Shown piece after piece: positions 1-14,045 of a stretch of DNA of 54,319 nt. The notes beneath the pieces are model-generated. The model saw nothing but the letters and a program-made list of their open reading frames with translations, had not been told where the DNA came from and made no database searches. Positions within the stretch are counted from its first letter, which is position 1. Each line of letters starts with the position of its first letter. The position numbers were made by a program, and so were the translations under genes. The stretch comes from Octopus bimaculoides (lineage: Eukaryota): contig NC_068982.1 in NCBI RefSeq assembly GCF_001194135.2, positions 112,774,684 to 112,829,002 of the forward strand. Direction: 5' to 3'.

Positions 1-110
1 ATATATATATATATATATATATATAAATATATAAATATACATACATATACATATTTTGATTGAAAGATAGATAGATAGCTGTTAGATTGATGCATGCTTA
101 TGCATACATA

Positions 111-171
<61 letters not shown>

Positions 172-324
172 GCACACATATATATATTCATCGATTTCCA
201 CTTATGTCTATGTATATATTTTATTCCTTCTCCGTTAATTTCTTTCTGAATCTATTAGGTTATTTATCTTCCTTTATATCTGTGTAACAATAATTATTTT
301 TATCAATAAACGAATGTCTAAGAT

Positions 325-420
325 ATACACATACATACATACATACATACATACATACATACATACATACATACATACATACATACATACATACATGCAT
401 GCATGCATGCATACATACAT
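325..420. repeat. (TACA)n microsatellite
   Basis: Directly visible tandem ATAC units. Confidence 0.95.
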
Positions 421-1438
421 CCTTAAATGCGTCCATATATACATAAACAGATAGTTCGATAACAGATCGATATTTAGATGGATAGGTGTTTGTTTGTTTT
501 TTTTTTCATCTATATCTGTACATTCCTTAAATGATTTGTTTAATCTTGAATTCATTAAGGAAATTTAATTTAGTCGTTACAAATAATTAGGTCATTGGTT
601 AAATGTACTTTCAGGTTTCGAAATAGTGGTTCCGTCCAAAATCATTGCTTAGCGAATAGTGCTTGCTTGTTGTATGCAGCTGTGACAGAGCTAACTGGAT
701 AATATTAGTTCCATCACTCATATCGACGCTTTCTATTGAATCGTTGCTAGTTAGTTGTATACACTTTGACCGAAATGGCATATATTTTCTTTCGGAATTT
801 GATAAATCAATAAAGTATATAAAAGAAAAGACGTTGTACATCGTGTAACTAATTGAAATACATGTCCTAACAAATTTCACACTAATTCAGCCGGTATCCC
901 AAGAGGGTTTGCGTAATTCTGTTAGAAATCTGACCCATTTTCATAGATTTAATTTATCTATAGAAGTGGCTGTTTGTTTTCCTTTAGCTGATAATAGAAG
1001 TCAAGCTATATAAAGATTTTGAGTTTGTTAAAATCTATAACCATCAAAGAAGCATGCTTACTGCTACCACAGAAACGATGACGACCTCTGAAAAATGACA
1101 TGACATTCATAATACTAGATCGATACAGAGGGAACGGAAGGTGGGGAGCAGCCAGGCACAGTAGTACTGACAAAATAACGAGCAAACTTGTTTGAAAATA
1201 TCGAGTGCATTATATTCAACATGCAAACATGATGATAATAACATACTATATATCAAAATAGAGTTGGTAGATCCACTCGAAACGCAAGCAATATGACAAT
1301 CGTATTTGTGTGAAAAACAATGTTGGGTGGATCCACTTATAAAATACACAACGTGACTCATATATGTATAACAACATAGTGGTAAAGGCACTATATGGAA
1401 GAAAAGGCAAAATGTGTGTGCGAAAAAAAATACACCTT

Positions 1439-1479
<41 letters not shown>

Positions 1480-1504
1480 TCCGTTCTCTTTCTCTCTCTC
1501 TCTC

Positions 1505-1535
<31 letters not shown>

Positions 1536-1973
1536 NNNNNNNNNNNNNNNNNNNNNNNNNNNNNNNNNNNNNNNNNNNNNNNNNNNNNNNNNNNNNNNNN
1601 NNNNNNNNNNNNNNNNNNNNNNNNNNNNNNNNNNNNNNNNNNNNNNNNNNNNNNNNNNNNNNNNNNNNNNNNNNNNNNNNNNNNNNNNNNNNNNNNNNNN
1701 NNNNNNNNNNNNNNNNNNNNNNNNNNNNNNNNNNNNNNNNNNNNNNNNNNNNNNNNNNNNNNNNNNNNNNNNNNNNNNNNNNNNNNNNNNNNNNNNNNNN
1801 NNNNNNNNNNNNNNNNNNNNNNNNNNNNNNNNNNNNNNNNNNNNNNNNNNNNNNNNNNNNNNNNNNNNNNNNATCATGTAGTGGAAACAGCTGGAAGCTA
1901 ATGTAGATCATGAGATAATTGTTTATTCCTTTGTCATCTCTTTTCTTATATATTTGTATGTATATATGTATGT

Positions 1974-2000
1974 ATGTATGTTTGTATGTATGTATGTATG

Positions 2001-2061
<61 letters not shown>

Positions 2062-2085
2062 ATCTACACACACACACACATATAT
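1974..2085. repeat. Compound (ATGT)n-(TATC)n-(CA)n microsatellite
   Basis: Directly visible. Confidence 0.9.
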
Positions 2086-2387
2086 ATTATAAAATGCGAA
2101 AAGTCACGGGAACCACAATAATTCTTTGTGAAAATTCATGGAAAGTCATTCACAATATATGAAGTTAAAAAAGTTTCGACGCTATTTATCAACAAAATCA
2201 CGAATCAAATGGAATATGTATGTATATAAATTTGAATCTGAAGATCATGTTGTTTGAAGGAAGGGCTGATAAATATTCTATAAAAGTTTAAGATTAAATA
2301 CATCATCATACAAAATATAATGGTTGAACATTCTTCATCTTAGATCCGGAGTGGTATATGCTCTTTCCGTGCTTCCATGCCCATAGA

Positions 2388-2431
<44 letters not shown>

Positions 2432-2991
2432 NNNNNNNNNNNNNNNNNNNNNNNNNNNNNNNNNNNNNNNNNNNNNNNNNNNNNNNNNNNNNNNNNNNNN
2501 NNNNNNNNNNNNNNNNNNNNNNNNNNNNNNNNNNNNNNNNNNNNNNNNNNNNNNNNNNNNNNNNNNNNNNNNNNNNNNNNNNNNNNNNNNNNNNNNNNNN
2601 NNNNNNNNNNNNNNNNNNNNNNNNNNNNNNNNNNNNNNNNNNNNNNNNNNNNNNNNNNNNNNNNNNNNNNNNNNNNNNNNNNNNNNNNNNNNNNNNNNNN
2701 NNNNNNNNNNNNNNNNNNNNNNNNNNNNNNNNNNNNNNNNNNNNNNNNNNNNNNNNNNNNNNNNNNNNNNNNNNNNNNNNNNNNNNNNNNNNNNNNNNNN
2801 NNNNNNNNNNNNNNNNNNNNNNNNNNNNNNNNNNNNNNNNNNNNNNNNNNNNNNNNNNNNNNNNNNNNNNNNNNNNNNNNNNNNNNNNNNNNNNNNNNNN
2901 NNNNNATATATATATATATATATATATACATACATATGCACAAGCGGTTGTGTGGTTTCAGAATATTCTAATTAACTCATAGCAAAAAATT

Positions 2992-3140
2992 AGATGGTGA
3001 GCTGGTACAATTTTTAGAGCGTCAGAAGAAATGATTTGTGATCTAACTTCTTAGTTCAAATTTCATCCCTGTCAATTTTTCCTTTCATATTTGTAAAGCA
3101 CTATAAAGTACACCTGTACCAGTATAAATACTGGGTCCAG
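2992..3140 (+). mobile_element. Old SINE fragment, fourth-family-like
   Basis: AGATGGTGAGCTGGTACAA, TAGTTCAAATTTC, CCTTTCAT, GTACCAG and ACTGGGTC occur in family order. Confidence 0.45.
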
Positions 3141-3282
3141 CAGCATCGCCTAAACACCTTCTCGAAATCATTGTGGGACTTTTATCTCAGAAACTATGAA
3201 TTTATAAATTGATATTGTAACTATTTTAACTGATAACGAATGTGTTTATGCTGCTGACGCCAACAACGATGACAACGACAAA

Positions 3283-3500
3283 GTTGTTGTTGCTGTTGTT
3301 GTTGTTGTTGTTGATGATGATGCTGCTGATGATGATGATGCCGATGATGACAATGACAATGATAACGTTGATGATGACGATGATGAAGATGACGACGACG
3401 ACGACGATGTTGATGATGACGACGATGATGACGACGATGATGAAGATGACGACGACGATGATGTCGATATCGATGACGATGGTGATGATGACGATGTGAT
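3283..3500. repeat. (GTT)n to (GAT/GAC)n degenerate trinucleotide tract
   Basis: Directly visible. This tract generates the poly-H/S/M/D ORFs in the track. Confidence 0.9.
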
Positions 3501-4416
3501 GTTGAAGACTCTGATGACGACAACGGCGAAGACAGGAAGCAGCAACACATTTAAAAGCCTGTAAATAACCACAAGCGATTTGATAACCTACTGCTTCCGC
3601 ATGACGTCATCACTTTATCTATCTAGTATCTGGCAAATGCGAAATGAGTAGAGAAGCGCGATGATATTGTATCGGAAATTCATTCAATATCATTCCCGGC
3701 GAAAGGATTGCAATGTATTAAAGGTGGAAGAGATTGGAAAATAAGGACGAAAAGAGAGAGCGAGAGAGAGAGAAAGGTGTATAGAAGGTCACGTTAAAAA
3801 AAGAAAGTTGGTGAAAAGGAGAGAAAGAGAGAAAGAAACAGATAGTGAAAGAAAGGTGTTTATTTATAGAAATGAGGAAAATGGTCGCTCATGTATGGTT
3901 TCCACCGCTGCAATGGCAATGATGAAGATAGACAGATAAAAAGACGTGTATCAGCGTGTTCTTGACTGTATGTGTGACTGTATTGCTTGTGTATCTCTTG
4001 TGTGCGAATCTATGTATGCGCCTACGTACAATATGAATGTATGTGTATATATATATATTTTCATATATGCATATCTGTATGTGTGAATATATAAATAAAT
4101 ATGTGTATCTCTCTCTATATATGTGCATGGATATATATATATGGATATATATATATATCTATATATATATATACACAGACACACACAGACACACACGCTG
4201 CTTCATTACAATATTCTCTGAAAGATCATATGAATAATTTACAGCCATCCAACTCCGAGTAACAACAGAAAATCGCTATGATTTCACCAGTGAATTTCGA
4301 TACTCTACCAGGTTTTTCATTATTTTATGTTCTTTAGTTCGAAAACATAAACGTACGCATACACCTCACATAAATGTACAATACATTAAACACACATACA
4401 CATAGATAAATATGTA

Positions 4417-4474
<58 letters not shown>

Positions 4475-4535
4475 CCGAAATGGATATTATATATCCATCA
4501 CGGCTGATCATACATGCATACATACATGCATGCAT

Positions 4536-4566
<31 letters not shown>

Positions 4567-4914
4567 TGTATACATTCACACACAAACTCTCAAATACAAT
4601 CCTATATATGTATAGTTTTCTAATGGCTTTGTAAGTATATGTGTATGTAAGTAAAAAGAAAAAATTGCAATTTCAATCTCTAGTTAAAACGAGCTGTAAT
4701 TTCGGAAGTAAACTATATAGAAGTGAGACGGTGTTATCTTGAGAAAGAAGAGACTACTCGATAAATGAAAGTGGAAAATCTCATGTAAATGCATACATAC
4801 ATACCTACATACACATATACATATATACGTACATACACGTATACATATATACATACATACATGTACACATATTTATACATACATACTTACATAAATATAT
4901 ATACATATATATCA

Positions 4915-4963
<49 letters not shown>

Positions 4964-5123
4964 GATATCTATATATATATTTATATTTATACACGCACCC
5001 ACACATATACAGACATTTAAAAAAATGTCAGTAGGTGAAGCCACATAGGTGATGCAGTGCTAGGGCTTCAGTGTGTATGTATGTATATATGTATGGTTGT
5101 ATGTACGTACATGTGTCAATATC

Positions 5124-5158
<35 letters not shown>

Positions 5159-5183
5159 TATATATATATATACACATACACAC

Positions 5184-5243
<60 letters not shown>

Positions 5244-5799
5244 GATGTTGACACTAATATATATATATATATATAAATACATACATATACAATTATATAT
5301 ATTTATATATACAGACAGAGACATACACACACACATAAGTATATATATGTGTATGTATGTATGTACACAGGGAGAGAGAGGCAGAGAAAGAAAGAGAGTT
5401 AGAGAATATATGAGATGATTGGGGAAGTTTGGTAAAGACACTGGTGAAGGGAAAGGTGGAAGAGTGTGGGTAGATTTGTATTTAAAAATGGTCGACGTCC
5501 TGAAAGTGAGTGTAGGTGTTCTTGTCACGATCTTCAATGAATAATCGATTAAGAGTTTTCATGTCACAACTATGAGAAATAGAATCAGAATTTACGGGAA
5601 ATAAGAAAGCATTCTGTCATGTGGGCGTTATAACATTAAATATGTTTAAGGGTTTCAACGGTTAACCACCATGTTTATCAGGTGATTAGGAACAAAGGTA
5701 TACTGTATAAATGTCTTATATACATCTCTGTCTGTATGTCTGTCTATCTATCTATATTTATATTCATATATATTTATATATACACTTATACATACATGC

Positions 5800-5852
<53 letters not shown>

Positions 5853-6201
5853 NNNNNNNNNNNNNNNNNNNNNNNNNNNNNNNNNNNNNNNNNNNNNNNN
5901 NNNNNNNNNNNNNNNNNNNNNNNNNNNNNNNNNNNNNNNNNNNNNNNNNNNNNNNNNNNNNNNNNNNNNNNNNNNNNNNNNNNNNNNNNNNNNNNNNNNN
6001 NNNNNNNNNNNNNNNNNNNNNNNNNNNNNNNNNNNNNNNNNNNNNNNNNNNNNNNNNNNNNNNNNNNNNNNNNNNNNNNNNNNNNNNNNNNNNNNNNNNN
6101 NNNNNNNNNNNNNNNNNNNNNNNNNNNNNNNNNNNNNNNNNNNNNNNNNNNNNNNNNNNNNNNNNNNNNNNNNNNNNNNNNNNNNNNNNNNNNNNNNNNN
6201 N

Positions 6202-6244
<43 letters not shown>

Positions 6245-7223
6245 CATATATAGATATATGTGTGCTAGTGTGTGTGTGTGTTTTTATATATATATTTGTA
6301 TATATTGCGCAGGGGTAGATGCTGCTTTCAGTAGTAAACCTTATCCTGTTTAGAAATTGGGACATTTTCTTTTCTAAGTTTAAATAGAGTTATGTCAATC
6401 TCATTTTGTTTAAAAATATTTTTATCAGTAGTGTTATTTTTATTTTTGGTTTCACCGAAATTGATTATTATTGGAGAATGATATAAATATCTATTAAATG
6501 TTCACCGGATCTGATTTAGAATTTACACTCAGGAAGATCATTGTGGTTGAATAATTGGAATGGATGTGAATATTATACAAGAAATATTTTACTGGATTGT
6601 GTTTCTAGATTGTACGACCATGCATGGTCCATATCGACCCAATTACTTTTCCTGGTACTTATTCCTCTGACAATTTAAAAAATATATTTAAATATCTAGT
6701 AACTGTTGAACATGTGTTCTTCTGTGTATGTGCGTTTGGTGTAGATGAGCCGATGTTCAACCATAACATGATTTTTTTACATTGAAAATTAATTTTGTTT
6801 CTATACATTTATTTTCAGAACCAGAAGTCACATGTAAATGTGCGAAAAATACAGGAAAGAAGAAAAGAGAAAACGATAAAAATGCATGAGAGTAATCGAT
6901 AAGAAAAAAATGAAATAGATGTACAGTAAAAAAAAAAAAAAAGTATTACATCGACAAATCAGTGACGAACAGGAAATTATGTAAGGATCTACGTAAATAA
7001 TAATGTCACATCTTGCAACCACCTGTGTTTTGTTTTTTAAGACAATTTATAAATAAATTGACAATAAAGAAAACTAAATTCCTGATATAAATATAGGTTT
7101 AGTTCTGGAAGATTTCTTGGTAGAGATTCACAGAAAGAAAGAAGAAATAAAATTCTAGATTACGTTAAACTGCAAACTGCAGTCACAGCAACAGTGATTC
7201 GTTATGTTTAGCATCATTTGTTG

Positions 7224-7316
7224 AAGAAGTAGTAGTAGTAGTAGTAGTAGCAGTAGTAGTAGTGGTGGTAGTATTAGTAGTAGTGGTGGTAGTATTAGTA
7301 GTAGTGGTGGTAGTAT

Positions 7317-7355
<39 letters not shown>

Positions 7356-7718
7356 CTCTTGTTGCTGCTGTTGATGCTATTATGACGTTATTGTGACAAG
7401 CAGCGACAATGCATTTTTAGATAAAGGAACACATACGCTTTGTACAGATCGAAATGGGGTTTCCAAAGATCCGGCTTTTACGACTCTCTAGATGCAGCAG
7501 CAGAGAACTTGAGATTCATCGTCGTCGTCGTCTTCATCGTCATCGTCATCGACGTCGTTGTATCGTCATATACTGTCGCCGTCGTCATCATCATCATCAT
7601 GACTGTCATCGTTGTCGGAGTCAGCTGCAACATTATAGTCGCAAATAAGTGACTAGGTCGCAATCAGAACGGCAGCGATTATAGTAGTAATAGTAGTAGC
7701 AGTAGTAGTAGCAGCAGC

Positions 7719-7765
<47 letters not shown>
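7224..7765. repeat. Compound (TAG/TGG)n ... (CAT/CGT)n ... (TAG/CAG)n tract
   Basis: Tracts at 7224-7355, about 7515-7610 and 7682-7765. Confidence 0.9.
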
Positions 7766-8506
7766 AGTTATTGTTGTGAATATTGCTACTCCCCAATCCC
7801 CTATTCCTGTAATTTCTCTGATTTTCGGGTGAATGGTCGGTCCTGGATATTTAACGGCTGCTACTGCCGATGCCGCTGGTGCTGCTGCTTGTCACTGAAT
7901 GGGGGGGTTTATACAATATAAAGGGTGCTTTGATGATTACAGTGGAAGGAAGGACAGAGGAAACACTTACACCTGGAATATTAAAAGCCAATGTTATGGT
8001 TGTGTGTGCTGTACATCTATNNNNNNNNNNNNNNNNNNNNNNNNNNNNNNNNNNNNNNNNNNNNNNNNNNNNNNNNNNNNNNNNNNNNNNNNNNNNNNNN
8101 NNNNNNNNNNNNNNNNNNNNNNNNNNNNNNNNNNNNNNNNNNNNNNNNNNNNNNNNNNNNNNNNNNNNNNNNNNNNNNNNNNNNNNNNNNNNNNNNNNNN
8201 NNNNNNNNNNNNNNNNNNNNNNNNNNNNNNNNNNNNNNNNNNNNNNNNNNNNNNNNNNNNNNNNNNNNNNNNNNNNNNNNNNNNNNNNNNNNNNNNNNNN
8301 NNNNNNNNNNNNNNNNNNNNNNNNNNNNNNNNNNNNNNNNNNNNNNNNNNNNNNNNNNNNNNNNNNNNNNNNNNNNNNNNNNNNNNNNNNNNNNNNNNNN
8401 NNNNNNNNNNNNNNNNNNNNNNNNNNNNNNNNNNNNNNNNNNNNNNNNNNNNNNNNNNNNNNNNNNNNNNNNNNNNNNNNNNNNNNNNNNNNNNNNNNNN
8501 NNNNNN

Positions 8507-8570
<64 letters not shown>

Positions 8571-9559
8571 GTACACACAGTCTACACACTAATATTTATT
8601 CTTACCTCATATATCAGCCGTTACATGTAAATATCCTCAGTACCAAATTTTTGGTGACAGTAAATTTGGTATGTTACGTGTTTGCTTATATATATATGTA
8701 TACATATACATATATATGTATATATGTATACATATATTAATTATTTTCGTTGGTCAGCGTAAGATATATGTATATTGCATTCATATATACATACATATGT
8801 ATACACACATATATGCGTGTATGTGTGTGTGTGTATATATATACATATATGCGTGCGTGTATGCGTGTATGTGCGTGTATGTGTGGGTGTTTGCGTTAAG
8901 ATTTTGAAGCCAGTTTAGGCAGTTAACTTCATCGATAAAAATGTCATTTCAATAACGGTAAATTAACAAAGAATAATTAGTGAAGAAGTTTCATTTGGAT
9001 GCGAAAATTCTAGCCTGTACAATACCGTTTTATGAATCGCCTTCTCAAAGAAAACAACACTTTATTACTTGTAAGTGTGCGCGTGGCTGATTTGTGTGCG
9101 CTCTTGCCCGAGTATGTGCGTGTGCGTGCGGATGTGTGACGTATATGACGTGTAAGATATGTGTGTTTGTATGCCTGAGCTTGTATCCGCGCGCGTTACT
9201 ATGCCTAGTCTGTGCGACGACCTGATGCTGTGTGTAACAGTGTCTGGATTTGCATGCGTATGTGTATGCATGCATCTATGAATGCATGTAAGCTTATAAG
9301 CATATATCGATATAGATAGGTCTATATATATTTATCTGTACGTGTAACAATATCTGCATCTGTGTGTTATTGTGCGTGAAGGCATGGGCGTGCGTATGTG
9401 TAGGTGTGTACGTGTAGGTGTGAATAGGCTTGCATCTCTATATCAATGTGTTAGTATGCATGCGTGTGTCTGTGAGTGCTTTATATACATATATCTGTGT
9501 GNNNNNNNNNNNNNNNNNNNNNNNNNNNNNNNNNNNNNNNNNNNNNNNNNNNNNNNNNN

Positions 9560-9612
<53 letters not shown>

Positions 9613-10007
9613 TTACAGGTGTGTATGTATATATAGGTGTGTTTGCGTCTCAGTGGTTGTGTAGTTATATGAGTGTGTACGTGTATCAAGGATAAACGTA
9701 GAAGCACCCCCCGTCAATGTGTACGCGGTCGTGTCGGTAAACGTTAGAAGCTGTATTTAGCTGTCAATCAACATTATCTCAATTGCTAGACAATTCTGTT
9801 GCTCTCACTCCCTCTCACCACTGTTTCAGTCAACATGTACACTTAGGTGCGTACAGAGAAAAACACGTGAATCTCTGTGGGAAGACTCTATGGTTGTCTG
9901 TGTGTCTGTCTGCCCGTATATCTGTTATTTGTCTCTCATTCTGGTTTGCCTTATAACCTCTATATCTTTCTAATCATCTGTGTCTTTGGATGTCTGCACA
10001 TCTCTGG

Positions 10008-10235
10008 CTCTCTCTCTCTCTTTCTTTCTCTCTTTCTATCTTTCTTTCTATCTTTCTCTCTTTCTTTCTTTCTTTCTCTCTTTCTTTCTCTCTTTCTTTC
10101 TCTCTTTCTCTCTTTCTTTCTCTCTCTCCAAATCGTCTCTCTCTCTCTTTATATGTATATATATGCATGTGTGCTTGCGTGTATGTTGGTCTCTCTTTGT
10201 CTCTCTTTGTGTGTGTGTGTGTGTGTGTGTGTGTG
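10008..10235. repeat. (CT/CTTT)n polypyrimidine tract followed by (GT)n
   Basis: Directly visible, with repeated TCTCTCTTTCTT units. Confidence 0.9.
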
Positions 10236-10574
10236 AGTATAAACGCATACATATATACATATATACAAACATAAACACATGGAGGGAGAACGAAAGATAT
10301 ACTGAACGACAGAAAGACAGATGCACATAATCAAACATACATATAAATACACACATATACATACACACACACAACATACACATAAATACTCAAAATAGTC
10401 CGTTCTCACACAGGTGTAATTCAGATTGATTCCAGAGTTATCTGTCAAGTGGAACATTGTGAGAACCGATTAGGTTCTCGAGCGAAACCAAACGTGGTTT
10501 GTTGGACTCACCGTTTAAATAAAATATATATATTACGCGTACGCGCACACAAGCGCGCCCACACAAAAGCGCAC

Positions 10575-10616
<42 letters not shown>

Positions 10617-11070
10617 TACACATATATGCATACTTACATACACACATACACTCACGTCCATTTATTTATTCATCCATCTGCTTGGATACTGCATTTCTCT
10701 TTTGCTATCATTCATTCCTTCTATGAATCCGTCGATTATTCAATCTACCTGTTTCTATTTCAGTCTATATAACTTAACTACATACTGGCTATCTATCGAC
10801 ATATCCATCTATCTACATATCTATCAATATATCAGTCTGTTTGTCTATCTGTCTGTTTGTCTGTCTATCCGTCTACTTATCGTTCTTCTCCGTCTGTCTG
10901 TCAAGACAGTGACCTATAATTACAAATATAGATATATTTTAGTCTTTCTTTTACTCAGGTTAAATACTTGAATGTGCGTATGTACCCACCTTTATATACC
11001 TCTGTATGCGCGCGCGCGCTTATGTACTTGTGTGCGTGTGTATGTGTGTGCATATATATTATATGTGTCT

Positions 11071-11110
<40 letters not shown>

Positions 11111-11249
11111 CGAGCGCGCGTGCTTGCACCTATCTGTCTATCTACTATTCTGTCTCGTTGCAAGTCAGTTCACTTCGTTTCTTTCTCAGTCGTTTTCTCT
11201 TTTTGTATTTAATAGCTGCCTGTCTTTGTCATTCAATTTATGCATGCTA

Positions 11250-11295
<46 letters not shown>

Positions 11296-12117
11296 TCTTA
11301 AACCTCATTTTCTCCCTCTTCCCTGTTCCCTATATATCTCTGTCTCTCTATCTTTCACTCTCTCTTCTTTCTGGATATCTGCCTATCTGTTCATCTACCT
11401 CGTTTTTCATTGCACACGCCATTGATCACTGATCCACTAAATTAGAGAGATCATTTCCTGACTGCAAGCTGAACCATATCACCTTTATCTCGTATTTGAT
11501 AACACTAATCACCTTAATCAAGCAACCTTATAGGTCTTTCCACGGGCGAAACAATAGTTATAGACATGAGGAAGAGTTAAAATACCAAAGACTGAATTCA
11601 TTGTTGCTATAGACAAAATACCTGTCTGCAACTGGTAGCTTCTAGACATTAAATTTCTTTCTTTGTATTGTTATCTATATCTTGTAGCTTGTTTCAAATT
11701 AAAGTCTCTAAAAGGTGACTGTTAGCTTGTTCTAATGATTCGATCAACTGATCAACTTACTTATTGTATTATGATGACAATTGTGCTCTTTATATAGTCA
11801 TGTAGGAGAAAACGTAACAAGATTAGGTCTTGTATAACAAGTCTAAGTCGTGAAATTTCAAATACTGCTTAATTAGCGAGCTTCTACGCCGTTTCCATCT
11901 ACTCAGTGTTACTCAGGAATTTTAGTAAAAGATAACATGGCAGAATGCATAAAATGTTCAACGCTAGTGTTTCCTTACTGAAAAACGACCTTCTGTGACA
12001 ACTTGGGTCATACGCTAAAATACCTATACGTATGTAATCCATTGCTATAGGTTTTTCCATGTATAGCCTTATCGTACTGCATACAGATAATAATATACAT
12101 GTGTGTGTGTGAGGACA

Positions 12118-12320
12118 AGGCGGTGAGCTGGTACAATAGTTACTGTACCGGAGAAAATGCTTAGCGATTTTTCTTTCGACGTTGTGTTCGGAGATCAAAT
12201 TCCGCGGGGGTTGACTTTGCCTTTCATCCTTTTGGGGATGATTAAATGAGTACCAGTTGGGCACTAGGGTCGATGTAAACGACTTACATCTCCCCCGAAA
12301 TTGTGTGTGATCCACACAAA
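12118..12320 (+). mobile_element. SINE, fourth family
   Basis: AAGGCGGTGAGCTGG..AATGCTTAGC..TCAAATTCCGC..GACTTTGCCTTTCATCC..AGTACCAG, colinear with the reverse complement of 53966-54182. Confidence 0.85.
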
Positions 12321-12565
12321 TATTCCGTGCATTGTCACATTGTCACATACACACATTCACACATATATTTGTGTGTGCACACGCGTGTGTGTGTGGTATG
12401 TGTACGTGCGTGTATGTGTGTGTGTGTGTGTGTGTGTGCGTGTGTGTATTCCACTGAAACAATTCCGTGTATTCTTATTTAATTTTTTTAACGACTTTCA
12501 GAGGAACGAGAGGCGAAATCATTATTAGTGGGATTTGAACACGTAAATTTTTGTATATCTAAATA

Positions 12566-13847
12566 CGAGGGTCGGCTGAAAAGTTCATAGGCTGACTAAG
12601 ACACTCTCATGAAATGCCACCGAATGAGGCTTATTTTTCAACATTGTCCTCCTTGCGGTCCACATACTTCTTCCATTGGTAGTGCAGTGCTTGGAGCCAA
12701 TTGGCGAAAAATCTTTCATCCTGTTGATTAAAAAAGTCATCAGCAGATATGACGTCATTGTCATTTCGATTCTGATTCCAAGCCGAGTGGTTTATCGTTT
12801 TTTGTTAGGGAAAAGCCAGACGGAGCACAACCAGGAGAATCGGGAGGGGGATCTACCAGTTAAAAGACAGACACGCTCAGCAGCCATTGATACCAAGGAC
12901 TTGTGTGCTGGAGCATTGTCCTGATGAAACAAGACTCGTTTCGTCAGTTTTCCTGAGTGTTTGGTCTTAATGGCATTTTGTAACTGCCTCAGAAAGTTGG
13001 TATAGTACTCTCCATTAGTGGTGTGGCCTTGTTGAAGATAGTCAATAAACACCGCTTTTTGCATCTCAAGAAACTAACGCCCTCACCTTCCCTACAAAGG
13101 AATCGACTGTGGCCTTCTTTGGAGAAGGTGAGGAGGGGTGTTTCTACTGCATTGATTGTTTCTTTGTCTCTAGCTCAAAGTCATGAACCCAATATTTATT
13201 CCCACTTAAGAAATGTTCAAGGAAATCAGCTGAATCTTTCACAAGCAATGCCAGATGTTTCCGTGATGCGATCAGCCTCGTTCGCTTTTTAGCGACTATC
13301 AGAAGAAGTGGGGTCTACCGAACAAAAACTTTCGTCTTTCCAAGTTCATTGTGCAGAATATTCTCAACTCATTCATGAGATATATTAATAGCATTGGCTA
13401 TTTGATTTATGGTCAATCGCATGTCATGCATCCTCATTTGGTGAACATAACAAATGTTATCCCCGTTGATGGCAGTTGCAAGACCTCCAGAATTTGGGTC
13501 ATTTTCAAGACTCTTGATTCCCCTCATAAATTGAGCTGATTACGTTCGCAGTGTTGATAAAGCTGGAGTTTCATTCCCTAATGTAGCGACCCTATCAGTA
13601 TTAATATCCTTGGGGGCTAAACGCTTTTTCTGCTAGTACTTGCTAACACAACGATGCCAAATTTTGTTGATTTTCAAAAGAAGTCATTACTATTTTCTTT
13701 TGAATCTTTGAACATTGAGTTGTCAGTTTAATTGGAAATAAAGAATGCAGTTATTAATAGGAAAAGCTGAAATTAATGCACGCAAAATTTCACAGCTCTA
13801 GAATTATTTCTTCACTGTGAGCCTATGAACTTTTCAGCCCACCCTCG
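12566..13847 (-). mobile_element. Full-length (1282 bp) mariner DNA transposon, decayed
   Basis: TIRs are CGAGGGTCGGCTGAAAAGTTCATAGGCT (12566-12593) and AGCCTATGAACTTTTCAGCCCACCCTCG (13820-13847), 27/28 complementary. A TA precedes the left end (12564-65); the right-hand TA is absent. Transposase remnant lies on the minus strand. Confidence 0.95.
12631..13671 (-). pseudogene. Mariner transposase pseudogene (Himar1/Hsmar2-like, probably irritans group)
   Basis: Manual translation gives KIWHRCVSKY, RLTINQIANAINIS, WVHDFELETKKQSMQ, FIDYLQQGHTTNGEYY, VLFHQDNAPAHKSLVSM, a degenerate HPPYSPDLAPSD motif and WKKYVDRKEDNVEK-stop (TAA at 12631-33). It spans about 347 codons with several stops and frameshifts, and the start codon is mutated. 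Confidence 0.92.
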
Positions 13848-13969
13848 CTCTGCGTGTATATGTATTCTATCATCCTTTACACTTTGATTGTAAATAATGA
13901 GTTTTAACATAAGCACAAATAATGAATTTGAGAGAGAATATATTCGATTAAATCTACGAACATTCTTGA

Positions 13970-14045
13970 GTGGTACTTTATTTCATCGACATCCGACTGA
14001 TGAAAAGCAAAGTAGATCCCAGCAAGATTTAATTCAGAGCATGAA
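13970..14045 (-). mobile_element. Old SINE fragment, fourth-family-like
   Basis: GGTACTTTATTTCATCGAC..GATGAAAAGCAAAGTAGATCCCAGCAAGATTTAATTCAGA. Confidence 0.45.

Noticed and set aside
3595-3612. Perfect CRE palindrome ATGACGTCAT next to CTTCCG
   Set aside because: A single 8-10-bp motif is expected by chance (another TGACGTCA lies inside the mariner), and there is no promoter context.
1364-9707. Long ORFs in the track rich in X, YI, HT, CV, LS or ER
   Set aside because: They are translations of N gaps and dinucleotide or tetranucleotide microsatellites, not genes. The same applies to similar ORFs throughout the window.
10461-10500. Twin hairpins GAGAACC-gatta-GGTTCTC and AAACCA-aacg-TGGTTT, the second resembling GAAA plus stem III plus GUU of a hammerhead
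   Set aside because: There is no CUGANGA box, stem II does not abut GAAA, and 6-7-bp stems are expected by chance in 54 kb.
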